NCBI RefSeq assembly: GCF_902652985.1
Contig: NC_047027.1
Location: 33,914,001 to 33,978,000 of the forward strand
DNA: 64,000 nucleotides
Direction: 5' to 3'
Source: Pecten maximus
Lineage: Eukaryota
Numbering within the stretch: the first letter of the stretch is position 1; each line of letters starts with the position of its first letter. Below, in pieces: positions 1 to 13,600 of the stretch. Position numbers and translations under genes: made by a program. The notes below the pieces were generated by a model. That model did not search any database and had not been told where the DNA came from. It saw nothing but the letters and a program-made list of their open reading frames with translations.

Positions 1-424
1 CGAAAAGTTCATGAACATTCAAATATTGATTTCAGGATTCATGAATGTCCATGAAATATTTCATTCATGAGTATTAATCATTGTTTACATTTCATGAAAA
101 TTCATGAAATCATCATAGTTTATGAATTTTCATGAAGGAAAAAAAAATTCCTACAAAATGCATGGATCTCCATGAACATAATTTGAAAAAAAATATTTAT
201 GAAGTTTTAAGTTCATGAATTTCATGAATGAAACAGTTCACGAACATTCATGAACGAACTATAAAGATTTTATGAATGAAAAACTTCATGAACATAATTT
301 GAAAACAAATATTCATAAGTTTTAAGTTCATGAATTTCATGAAAATATTCATGAATAAATCAAAATTAATCATGAATTTTGTTCATGAATAATTCATGAA
401 CTATTCATAATCATTTGACAGGGT
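1..424. repeat. TTCATGAA-rich repeat, probably the subterminal region of a DNA transposon cut by the window edge
   Basis: More than 20 dispersed TCATGA/TTCATGAA motifs ending abruptly at CATTTGACAGGG. Confidence 0.55.
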
Positions 425-752
425 AAACCCCGCGTAAATAACCACGTTAACATTATGTTGATATGATAGAATTGTATATTTAGGGTGTATAACAGTTAAA
501 CGTTCCAACGTATCTGGTTTATAAAGTTTAACATATGTATACATCTGATTCATACCAGTTCACACGTGTGTGCTCACCTGATGTATAATAGTTACATGGT
601 AGACAGTTTTACATTCCTTATTTCTAATACAGTAGTAAGATACATATTGAATTACACAGACTTGGAAAAAGGGCTTAATGGGCGATGGTTAAACTGTTGT
701 TAGGGCTCTCCCATACATAGTAGTTTGTATCAGCTTGAATTGTTTTGATAGT

Positions 753-3700
753 TCAACGAGGTTTACTAAACGGGGAAGTGTTGATGTAATCTCGCATTTC
801 CTCATAAACGTCACCGTCACCATCTTCATCAGCATGATCCGTACAAGGACGCGATTCACTTCCTTGATCTCCATTAACTAAATCTGAGTTTTGATATATT
901 TCATCATCCCGTGGAAAATTTGACCCACTCATATCTAAATAGTACTCTGACTGCTGGTTGTCGTCAATAGTATTCGGAGCTTCTACTTCTTCATACAGAT
1001 CACCATGAGTTGTCTCCCCTCCTTTTCCAGACCACTCGGACCTGGTTCATCCATATCAATGTATCTGTAAAAACATTGAATCGATTATATTTATCAACAT
1101 TTATTAAAGTATAAACCGTATTTTTTTTCATAAAGATGAGTTTTATTAATATGTGAGGTTGTTATTTTTACAAGCAGTTAAAAAAAATCAGAATTAAGTT
1201 GTTGAATTTAAAGCAATCTGTAAGCAGAAAGTATAATAGATAAGAAGAACAATTGATTCAATGAAAAAACAAATCACACAAGTAGCATCGATTCAGTAAT
1301 TGAAAAAGGAAGGGAATAAATAGTTTTTTTCCCCGATAAACTCAAAATATATATATGTATAATTATATATATCGCTGCAATTTCTCTTTACAAAATTGAA
1401 TACTTTATTTTTGGAAATGAAAAGTTATGTATGCTGTTCTGTGTACAAGGACGCGGTACTACATTAGTGACAAAGGCCACACACACATGACAAAATGCTA
1501 TATCACAATGAAAACAAATGATCAATATATTTTAATGAATATAATGTCAAATCAACAGATTGAAAACACAGGAAAATATACCAATGAAACAAATAATAAA
1601 CATAAAAAACGGAAAAAACCCCGAAAACCCACCAAAACTAAAAAAATCAAACTCAGCCAGGATGAACAAGGCGTGAAGAAATAAATATAATTTGAGATGA
1701 AGATAAACATGGCGTAGGAGGTTCTATTATTTCCCCCCAAACCAAACCTATACTCACCGTTGCGGTTTGTTTTGCTGCTTTATCGACTGTCGTGTTTTCC
1801 TTTTCATTTCGATGGTGTTCACTGAAAACAGAGTGTAAAATCTATCAAACCATGATAATTAAAATGGAAACAAAAATAAGATAGCTAAAAGAAGTGTAAA
1901 TAAATAAATAAATGAACAGATAAATAAAAAAAATCATATTAATATATTTATATACGCATACATATTCCAACCTATCATATCTGTTTTAAAACCAGACCCT
2001 GTGTACAAACAGCGTGCACTGTATAAATCCAGGTATTCAATGACCTTTTAGCTGTACCTTGTTTAGGAGGCGTGTCTATTGATTGGTGTTTTCGATAACT
2101 ATATTTGTATGTCTGTCTATTGATAAAAATATTTTATTGATTATTTTGGAACAAATGATAATATCTATTATTGTCTTGAAGAATTAATTGTATCAATACC
2201 ATTCTGTAAACAAACTGAAATTTACATGTTAATGTTTTTTGGCGCGTACCAATATAAAGTGATTACCACAATTTTTAATTAACCTGCAATGCTTGCATGA
2301 GAAAATATAACTCAGAAACCGCAGTAAGCGTGGACATCAATACATGATTGTAACACAACCATCATATGAAGTTTGAAATGCGTTTAAAAATGCTAGATTT
2401 CCGCGAGATTTCCCTCAATACCAATGGTGTCCTTGACCTTGACAATTCTTTTGAGGTGTACTCATACTTGACCAATTTATGAAGTTTATTTGGTATCCGA
2501 TTAAATACGTAGTCACTAGATCGCCGACGACGATTTCCTGTAACTAGCAACGGTGGCGCCGCCATCCGATCGAGGTATACTGACTTCCCTAACTAGTCAT
2601 GGGCAAAATACATCAAAATTTATTCGAAAATGCCCAGTTACCTCCCCTTTCCTCAAATCTGTTTAGACTTCTTCATTACAAGCCAAATCTACCTGTATTT
2701 TTGGTGGACTCAGCCAATTCCTCGGATGTGTTAGGAAACATGTCGAGGGTGTTTGTTTTTATGTTTTATAAATTTTAAACAGACAGCTGATGATCTGGCA
2801 ATTGACACGAGGACAAATGCAAATAAATTTAATGCATGCATATGATTATAAACAGGTAGACACATTATTGATAAATATTACATTAATAACTTAAATGTCG
2901 TTGGAGACATTTACCTGACGTTTTGCTCATGCGTCGTTTTTGATAATTCCGGCAGACCAGCACATGTGCAATGATACTAATGAAAAGGAGGCTACCAAGT
3001 GAAGATGTTGAAGCGATCCAATAAGTATATTGGCAGGATTCCAGAGATTCTGTAATTGTAGACAATGGATACAAATTGTTGAATTAGCGAACTTGTTATC
3101 TACCGTACACACATTACCTAAAGGTTTTATATTTTTTCAATAGTCAGAACTTTTATGAATATCTGTTCAACATCCATCTCAATCAGTTAACGAGTTTGAA
3201 TTATATATATATATATAATATAACAAACAAGTTTTTCGATTAATACCAACATACTGAATTAGTTTATTTGTTTTTGTTTAACGTCCTATTAACAGCCAGG
3301 GTCATTTAAGGACGTGCCAGGTTTTAGAGGTGGAGGAAAGCCGGAGCACCCGGAGAAAAAACACCGGCCTACGGTCAGTACCTGGCAACTGCCCCACGTA
3401 GGTTTCGAACTCGCAACCCAGAGGTGGAGGGCTAGTGTCAAAGTGTCGGGACACCTTAACCACTCGGCCACCGCGGCCCCCTGCCAGCATACTGAAACAC
3501 TGATGCATAAATTCTCAAAACATCCCCATGTTACCCATGAGACTTTGATCAATGGTCACAGTTATTCATTTAAAAAATATAAGTAAAATAAAAATAAAAA
3601 TAAAAATAAAACTTTACAACCTTTCATCAAACCATGCTTATGGCCAAAACACAACATATGCCTGCTGGTAAATGAGAATCGTTCATGTACAGACTTAAAC

Positions 3701-4575
3701 ATACTTCAACCTAGTCACATTGAATGCAGGTCAAGATAATTAATTTGAACAAATGTGGTAACCTGGTATCATGACCCTGTATCTTTTGGACGACGTTTAC
3801 AGTAGGTTAATGCCATCTATATGATCAAACTGGGTAGAAATAAATCCTAGCACTTTCTCTTAGTTATTCACAAGGTATGAGAAGATTTTAAATAGTTTGA
3901 TTCTTGTGACCTTGAAGGAAGATAAAGAATGTACATTTAACAACCATGATAGCCAGGGCCCTGGTATTCCAAATATCAGAACTGTAGACCTTGTAAAACT
4001 AGACGATACAAATAAAACACTTTTGAACTTCGACCCCCTGTTGAAGAACATAATTTGACCTGTTACCCACGAAAACTTTTGTTTTGCAAAACGCATCCAA
4101 AAAAGAATTCCTACTAGTCATCAAAGAAATATTTGCGATTTAGTTAAAAACTTAATCATCACTGCGACCATTTTGTTTGAACAAAGAACACACAGAGAAA
4201 CTTTTACAGAGAAACTAAATGAAAAAAAAAAGAAAAGAAAATTTCTCACACATACTATGTTAAACACACTGCCTGTATTTTAAAAAGATGAATGGGAATG
4301 TTGATAATTGTATCAGGGCGAACAGGAAATCAAATTCAACAGGATGACATAATGCACAAAATGGTTACCTGGTACCCGTTAATGAGGACTTGGTTTGTAC
4401 AATAATGTAATAATATATAACAGGAAAACGTTTTCTCAAATCTGTCTCTACATATGATGTAATTGCATGGATGCTGTATATTTAATGGTTTTAAATTAAG
4501 ATAGATTTTTGAGGTATACTAATTAGTTTACCCTCTTAACATTTTTACAATGACCCCTCATGCAATAATCTTATG

Positions 4576-4615
<40 letters not shown>

Positions 4616-7600
4616 TTTGGATGGTAAATTGAACTAGATAGATTGCACTCTGTGACCCATCTTCGCTGATTACGTTCGTGCAGTATAAGGTAATCAGAAA
4701 CCTTGGCTAGCGAAGATATCTTTGACCAGACTCATTACATCATTCCATGCTATCAAGACATTTCATTTACACAGCCATTACATGTTTTCATTTTTAAAAT
4801 TTCGAGATGTATAACAAGGGCACTCACTATATTGTGGCATCTGTCTGATATAACATTTTGATATACCAGAGTTATTTCCTTTCGTTTAAATAGAGAGTAG
4901 TTACAACCTCGACAGCTGATGGGAGCAGCCATTGCTACATGTAAAAACCTAAACGATTCCCTTATTGGCCCTGTTTAGACAAACAAAACAAGCTGTTCTC
5001 ACTAAATGTACAAGCAAAGTGACGAAATCCCCGGAACCTATCTATGGATCAATCGAATAAATTGTTGTATGGACCTCAATGTCAAATTTCATTTAGATTG
5101 TTGATGACAAATGTACTTACCAGTTAGAACTTTGTATGACATTTTAATTGCAGAACTCTCGCTGAAATGACGAATGGTAATCAGAACAAATCTATTTACG
5201 GATACAGTGAAGTAAAGAGGACGTCCAATCAAAGCCGATTCCTGGGAAATTTCAATCCGTTTCTGATCTGTGGATTCATCTGTGAAATAATAAATTAACA
5301 TTTAGATAATGTGTTTTGGTCACGTTGCGCTATTGTAGTCTTTCACTAGCGATCTTAGGAGAGAACTCATATGCTTTGCCTGTTATACAATTCTTTAAAC
5401 TTATAACAACGAATATCATTACAATTTTTTGAAATGAAATGTGGTGTATCAAAAGGGACATCAACCCTGGAAAATGTCGAGCTTTGTCGATCCCGTGGAA
5501 TTAAATTCCTCCACGACAAGCTGTAGTTCCTGGCTGTTGTCTTCACTTAATGTCAAACAGGGGTCTGTAACAAATACCATCCACTCGCAGATACCATCAC
5601 TGAAACAATGTATTTCACACCAGTAAAACATTACAACTGAAATAATTACAACATTTTGTCGCCATGCAAACTTTGTGAAATTATATTTAACGATTTCATA
5701 ATTTCTTGAGATAGCCTGGATGAAAATTGTTTTTGCTGAAATCTTCTATTTGACTTTTGTAGGTAATTTAATGTATTGTATTTTTTAAGAAAACCTTTAA
5801 GTTTGCTAGCATGATATTCCTTGCTTATGTCTTAAATACATGATTTTTATCTATAAAAGTAATGTGTATATTAGAGCATTTACAATATCTGGAATATTAC
5901 AGGGCGGTACCTGTTGTATTCCGGATAGCTGGACGAATATATGTATTTAGATTCCTCTGATGCAACGAGAGCAAAATCTTGACAACCGAACACTGATGTT
6001 TTGTTTGTGACACACAGATCTGAAAAGAAGAATGCATAAATAAATAAAAAAAGGTATGAAAGCACTTATGTAAAAACGTACAATTGGAATTTTCGAAAAA
6101 AGTTGATTAAAAAAAAAAAACAAAAAAAAAAACAACAACACCAACGCCATATTTATAGACCACATACATATACCATGGTTTGTTGATTATTGTGGTGAAT
6201 TTGCGTCCACTTCACAACCGGATATATAGCTCATCCAGAGGGCGACTGTACGATTCATTACACACATACAGTGTATACGAATTTACATCATGAGTAATGC
6301 ACGACAGACGTGTTATAGCTTTTGTGTCAGTCTGTATTGTACATTTTACATATGTATGCATCAACTCACCCATAGCTGAGTATGAAATATTAAATCCTAT
6401 TCCGCTTTTTGAGGAATCTGATTGAAATCTAAGACCTGAACTTATACCAGGGATATGATACACATTTCTCGGCAGCAAGTCAATGGTTCCTCGATCTAGA
6501 TAAAAAACCAAATAGATTTAACAAATTAGGTTGTATTTTGTAAATCTGAATAGCATAACAGCACGAGACGAACAAAGGCAAATAATCAAATAAATTTAAT
6601 ATTTTTGATGCAGCATTTATCTTTTTATAAACATGTAATGGGAACAATTCATCAGCAAATGTCAAAGAATGTGTTTTAAAAATTATGATTCATAAAAGTA
6701 TACAAATAAATTAGAAAACTGCACACTCATTGATTGTGCGTGTTTGTTTTGGTTAAGGTTCGACATATTAGAAAACTATATAGTCAAAGTTGGACTGCAA
6801 CTGTATATATACTAGCAGTAATTTAGTTAAATACCTTTCCCTGTTGTAAACAACGCAATATATATGTGAATATATATAAAACATTATTATAGAGCAATTA
6901 ATGGTGTACTAAAATGATTATTACCGTACAGCAAAGTTTGACTCTGATATACTCTTCAAGTTAAGTGCGCCAATTAATTTGCCGTAATGGTAAGTGGAAA
7001 ACTGATACAAATCTTGATACTCCAGGAAAAATTGAGTTTCTATAACTTTCAATGGCAGTAAAAAACTCATGTTCTGCAAAATATTTCTTATCAGTCACTT
7101 TCAAAGTAGTGTCTGTTGGCATATTGCCTGCTACACTGGGATTTGTATGTAAAATTTTATTCAGTATAGCATGACCCCGTTATGTACATGTAAATAATAT
7201 TTATAAATGATATTAACTGATACTCTGCACCAGGAGAAGAAATGAGGAGTAGCTATTTCAATCAACTACATTACATCTCGACACACAACAGGAATGTACG
7301 GCATCACGACAAAAATGAAACCAAAGCTACTATACCGAATATGTCCCTACCTTCCGGTTTGGCGGGCTAGCTCCACCATCAAAAGATGAAATACCTATTT
7401 TAGTCCAGTACAAGTTTAATGAGGTTGTCCTTATTAAAAGAATTGCATGTACACTAATTTGGAAGACGTCTTCCAACAATTTATCATCATCTTAGATAAT
7501 GCTACAAGGCAAATGTTTATGTTTTATAATTATAAACAAATTTTAACAAACCGTATGCCAATGTCAGATTGTCTCTAGGCTCGATTTCTAGATTGACGAC

Positions 7601-10600
7601 TTCCAACCTCAGAATACTACACGTTGTAGACAACGTGAAGTTCCATCTGCATGTAATACTTCTGGAGCGAAGAACACAATGATCTTTACTTATACATGAT
7701 AATATGATAGTTTAATGTTGCTTGTAACCAGCATTTTCACTGGTTTGAAAAAAATGTTTCAACATTTACGCATAAAATGATATTGTCGTTTGTAACGTCA
7801 TTTTTGATGGGTGATAAAGTGGCATGATAATTTCTAAGAGAAAAAGAGTCCATTAATTAAGATAAATGTCATCGGAGTTTTGTAGAGAAGATCATGTCAC
7901 AACAAGTTGTAATTAATTAGCTGTAAAGCTAATGTTGGGAGTTAAAATCGCACTCACCTTGGGTAACTGTATGGATATCCAGGTGACGAGAGGTATTGTG
8001 TAGTTTCCGTAGCGATGATGTATATCTCTGATGCTTCATCACATATACAGTCTGCAAAACGGCAGTAAAATATAACAACGTTAATCGAGACATAGGGTTG
8101 TAATTATTCATTTTACCTGTATATCAATATCTACATGTTTGTAGGTGAATACGATGATTTATCAACCTGATTAAAATTTTATTTCCTTATGCCGAAGGTA
8201 GCAATAACAATGACTATTGTTTTATTATATAACATATCTTATCAGTCCCTAACCTTAGATTGGATAGACGTAACAGAAAAAATGGCGTATGATTGAAAGT
8301 TTGAAGTGAGAATTACAATAACATAATTTTAAACAAGCTCAGTTATAAATAATTCATTCATTTAAATCAATATTGTCTTAAAATCAACTAAATGGTTATA
8401 TGTAAATTATGTGTAACATGATTTCAAATGGAAGTTCATTTTGAAGCATGACGCTGTCAATCACTGTTTCATAAGACTCGATGTTGCAGCGCTTGGTTTT
8501 TAGGTAATTCCGGACAGTGAATAAAATCGATGTCGAGGAAAAGGGAAAAACACAGACGTATAATGATATGTTGTATTATGTCTTGCAAACGACATTTCTC
8601 CCGAATCATGTGAAAATCCCCCAAGGTGAAATATTACTTGAAAAGAATCCCTGGTATTCCAGTTTTCTCGATGGCAGGTAGTGTTGTTTACAATTATGTT
8701 TTATCCAATGCCTGCTTGCTTATTTAATCTATTTTACTAAGGAAACGGAGATTCCGGGACCTCGCATACACCCAACAATGATAGAGCATTTGAGCCGCCG
8801 GCTGGCATTTAGGTCCTTAAGGCATAAAAAATCAAAATTGAGTTTTTGGTATTTTCATAATTTAGAGATAATGGCGGTTAAATTGGTGTAAAAATAACTT
8901 TGGTGTGTCAATAACTGACGATTTGACGCTACATTGAATATATGTCGCATTTGGTATGCTAGATGACGTTGGCGTTAATAACGACGTCATTTTACCAGTG
9001 CCATTTTTGACGTCATTTTTTGCAACGTCATTTATCACAGACAGTTGCATAATGCTTTGCTGTTACAGGTCTTGAATTGAAGACTGTTATTTTGTAATTG
9101 TTATTATTATAATAATATATAATTTTTATCTATAGTCATTTAAAAAGAAAAAAGTCCTTTTTCAGTTGTCATGATTCATTTATTTACAAGGATAAAATTT
9201 GTGATTCACATATCAACTTGAACACAAACAAGTATCTTGCAATAAACAGGTAACATCCCTTGTAATTACACACAAAAACAATCAGTCACATCCCTTACAC
9301 ACAAAAACAATCAGTCACATCCCTTACCTAATACAAAAACAATCAGTCACATCCCTTACCTAATACAAAAACAATCAGTCACATCCCTTACCTAATACAA
9401 ATAACAATCATTTTATATTTTATTTGGTAGAAACAGATTGCAAAGTGAACTCCAGGACTCCATCAGGATTATATTGTTACAATTAATTACATGTAGTGTA
9501 AGAAGATAAAACATTTATTTTGAAATTGTATTTAACTGTATCCTAACAAGCAATGCTCATTTCATAATATAAAATAAAAGCATGAGTACAGTATTTAAGT
9601 TTTCATCAATAACAATTTTGATCTCAACTTTCAGTTCATTCTTCTGTGTGGGTGGGTCTAGAGGTGGGCTGTGGGACAGTGGGCAGGGGACATAGAAGGT
9701 CCTTAGACGGATCCTTTACAAAAGGCCTGATATTTTTGTACAGGTACCATGCACGTTCTGCGGAAAAACCTTTTGCCTCCAGTCTCACTGGCAAACCCTG
9801 TGGAATAATCTTTCCCCTCTTCACAAGCCTCACTGGCGTTGTCTCCCCGTCAACACCTTTTTTAACAGTAACCATTCCTGAAAGAAAGAAACAGGAATGG
9901 CATGTTGTAATTGAACTTAGTTTTGAAAGGGATACACATAAAAATCAAAAAACCTGTACAAAACCATTTTATTTTTAAATCGGATAAAAATTCTGCATGC
10001 CCCACATACCAAATACATCATTAGAATCAGACTCATAAATCTAGCGGAATTACCCATGGAGGTAATTGATAATGAAAGCGCAGTACATTATATAAATTAA
10101 ATGGATTGAAATATGTAAATATAGCAGTACATGTACCTGAAGTGGTGGAAGCAAAGTGAAAGTGATGGTATTTCCCAATACCAGGAACCGCTCTAAATAC
10201 AGGCTTGAAGAATTGTTTCCAGTCTCTCCAGATCCACGAATTTGGTGACATCTCACTGTATAAATCTGCCTGGTTATGTGTGGATGAAGCATGAATTGTC
10301 ATCTTCAGGTCAGACAAACTATCCACATCATTGCGTCTGATTTTCCTTCGGGCAATACCAAACATCCCATCCACAAGACAACGGGCATGATATGGCTTCA
10401 TGAAATGAAGATGGATGTCTTCATGATATCCATTTGCCACTCTCCAAGCCAGATAGCTTGTGACAACCTGAATCATAAAAAAATAAAATTAGGTTCATTG
10501 TATAAAGCAGTGTAAGAACCTGTATTATTAAGTTTATTATATTACTGGCCTGCTTTCTACTAGCATGTCAAAAATAAGACACCTGTATAATAACACTATT

Positions 10601-13600
10601 GTGACTTCACAATTACAAAATTTTGGAGAAATCGGAGATGAGTGGGTATCAACATTCAACAGCTTCAAAAATATGTAACTTATAATTTCATAATGATTAT
10701 GTAATGCTGAATAATTGTTTCAGTACAAAGAAACATACAGCCTGCTCCTTATATTTGCATAACTACCAGTTTTGTGATAAACAGAAACTTACACTGCTGA
10801 CTTTTTTGAATGAATTCAGTTCAACTTGGCAAATGATCTTAACTGATGTGCCACACTCCTTTAAGGTGTTTTCTTAACTCAACAACAAATATTCCATACC
10901 TGATTCTTATTTTGGCCACCACAATTGTCTGCATTCAAGTACACAGTTTTTTCTCCTTCCCCATGGTATTCGAAGAAGTGGTGTAACATAGATACAACAG
11001 CATTGGCCGAGTGGCTCTGGGCACCATCCAGACCAATGGACTGATCCTCGCCAAACAAATAATTTGTTTGCAGGGACCGACCATCATTGCAAATACCAAA
11101 TAGATTAGCTTTATATGGTGACCTGAAAGAAAAAGCTGTACAATATCAGAGAAGCATAGTGTTCAAGATCATTTCTTTTAATTTCAATCCGATATTTTTT
11201 TATTCTGATATTCAAGATTGAAACTTTACATCTTTAATACATGAATTACATTTTATGAAATATGATCCAATACTACAGAGATTTAATGGTTTTAAATGTA
11301 ACCTGTTTTACCTACTGCTTCTCCCTTTTAACAGACTTAAATTGTTTTTTACCTGAAGTACAAAGCTCCTTCCTGTCTGCAATGACTGGGCAGAAGTACA
11401 CTTTGAGCATAATCAAATGTGTAGTGGACATCATTTAGGTCCATGGAAGTTGGAGGAACAGGAACAGTAGACTTTGGATGACCCTGAAGACCTGCAATAG
11501 CAGCATGACATTTTTGTCGATAATGGTCTCTCTCCTTTTGGGCTGATGAAATGTGTTCTGCAAAGTCTGTGCTAGCCTCCATTTTATCTGCCTCAGTGAT
11601 GGCCTAGATACAATATATGTACAAAAATCTTATCTTAACATGTCATCAAAATGTTCTATATACATCGTACATACAAAATGTATATAATGAACCTATAAAA
11701 ATGTATAACAAGATGTTTAAAGCAATAAAAGTTTTCTTTGTAATTTTACTAATAAATTCATACCATTATTGTTATGAATGAATATGAATGTAGAATTATT
11801 ACAATATCACTATCTGTTTATCTAAAATTAGAACACAAATATATTAAGATATTTTGGTTTTAATGTCCATGGATATTAAATTAGACTTGTTTTGATTAGG
11901 TTCTTACCTTCTGTATCCGATTCCTAAAGGATTCACATTTGTGACATACATCTGTCTTGCAGGACATGAACTGGATGTGTGGGAGACACTGGTGCCATAT
12001 TCTTCTGAAAGTGGTCTCAGATAGGCATCGGTTTTCTGTTTCACTGTTGAAAATAGATATGTCACTAGATCATAAAATTGGAGGGTGACGATTATAAACA
12101 ATACTAAAACCAAATAATTCAATGTCATTTCCAAAGTTTGAAATATATTATTTTCATTTTAACAAATAATTTGGACAAATTCTAAGATATCTAGTGATGG
12201 AAGATAATTTATTAGCAGCTTGTTTGTGTTTATAATTAAAGCATACATAGTTAAAAAAAATATTCTTATAGCTAAACCAATTTATAAAGGCATTATTTCA
12301 AATGTTTTATGATTATAAATTAAATGTATCTGTAGACAATATTTAATTCATAACAGTGAAAATTGACACTGGTGTATCATGGATTGCTGTATGAATTGAT
12401 TACCAAGTACTTTTTTCATTATGAGGATAATACTTACATACATACTTGGCTGTATTTCTTATGGACAGATAGATAGGTTTCACTTCCAGGTAAATATATT
12501 GGTGGAAAGCTGTCCCGTCCACGTGGTGCAGCAGGTTGGGGCAATCCCATCTCATCTGCATACCTAACATATAAATGTAACTGCATTAAAAAATAATTAA
12601 CATCAAAATTCATTTCCAAATATCTCATTGTGCTGATAGTAAAATATGTATAATGGAAATTTCGAAACAGACAAGGTCTGTATCAAACTGTGACCTATTA
12701 CAATTGAATGTATGTAAATAAATAATATAGCTATTATACTTCAAAATACATGTACCCGGTATGTTTATATTTAATCAAGGTGACTTGAGATGATTTTTTT
12801 AAATTAAGTTTTGCACATGTTAAGTTAAATTACTAACAGTTGTATTATTTATTTATTTTTCCCCAGCAAAAGAGAACAAAATACAGACTGCACAGATAGT
12901 TTGATGTTAATCATGACATGCACGACAAGTATGAATATTCTACATACAGAACTATGGGTTTCATTTTAATTTTTTTTTTAATGTTAAATACCTGTGTATA
13001 AGTATACATACGGCACAGCACTTACCTTGAAATAAACTGGACAACTTGTTGAACATTATCATAGGTCACTGCATTTTTGGGTTTTTTCCCTGTATTTCCA
13101 TGTATCCGTGGAACAGCACCATTCTTGACGAAATGGGCCCTGATGTTTTTCAAGTAATGTGCATTTATGTTATTAACATAAAGGAAACAAGCCTTGCAAA
13201 CACTTGTGTTCTGGAATTGGTAGTCAAAGCGATGCCGTTTGACGTTAGTTTGACCATGTATTCCCCTTGTCATGCCACATGCCTGGAGCTGTCCAATAAT
13301 TAACATGTCCCTGCCATCTCTCTCCATTCCCTGCACATTCAATCTGTTATCTTTGATATCCATATTGGGAAATTTGGACAGACCCCTTCTTACATTTACC
13401 GAGTTATTTTCGTCGTCATCATCATCATCATCAACCTCGTTGTCATCACTACGTAGTGTGTCTTGATCAGAATCATTTTCTGTGTCCCTTTCAACGTCAT
13501 TTCTGATAAAAACTCTCATCCGAGTATGTAGAATCGGCGAATTAATAACGCTAATGCCGTTACTCACATCATCATCATCATTATCACTCTCGATGTCATA

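Noticed and set aside
3400-3481. tRNA gene
   Set aside because: A/B boxes belong to a SINE head followed by core and tail, repeated six times in the window.
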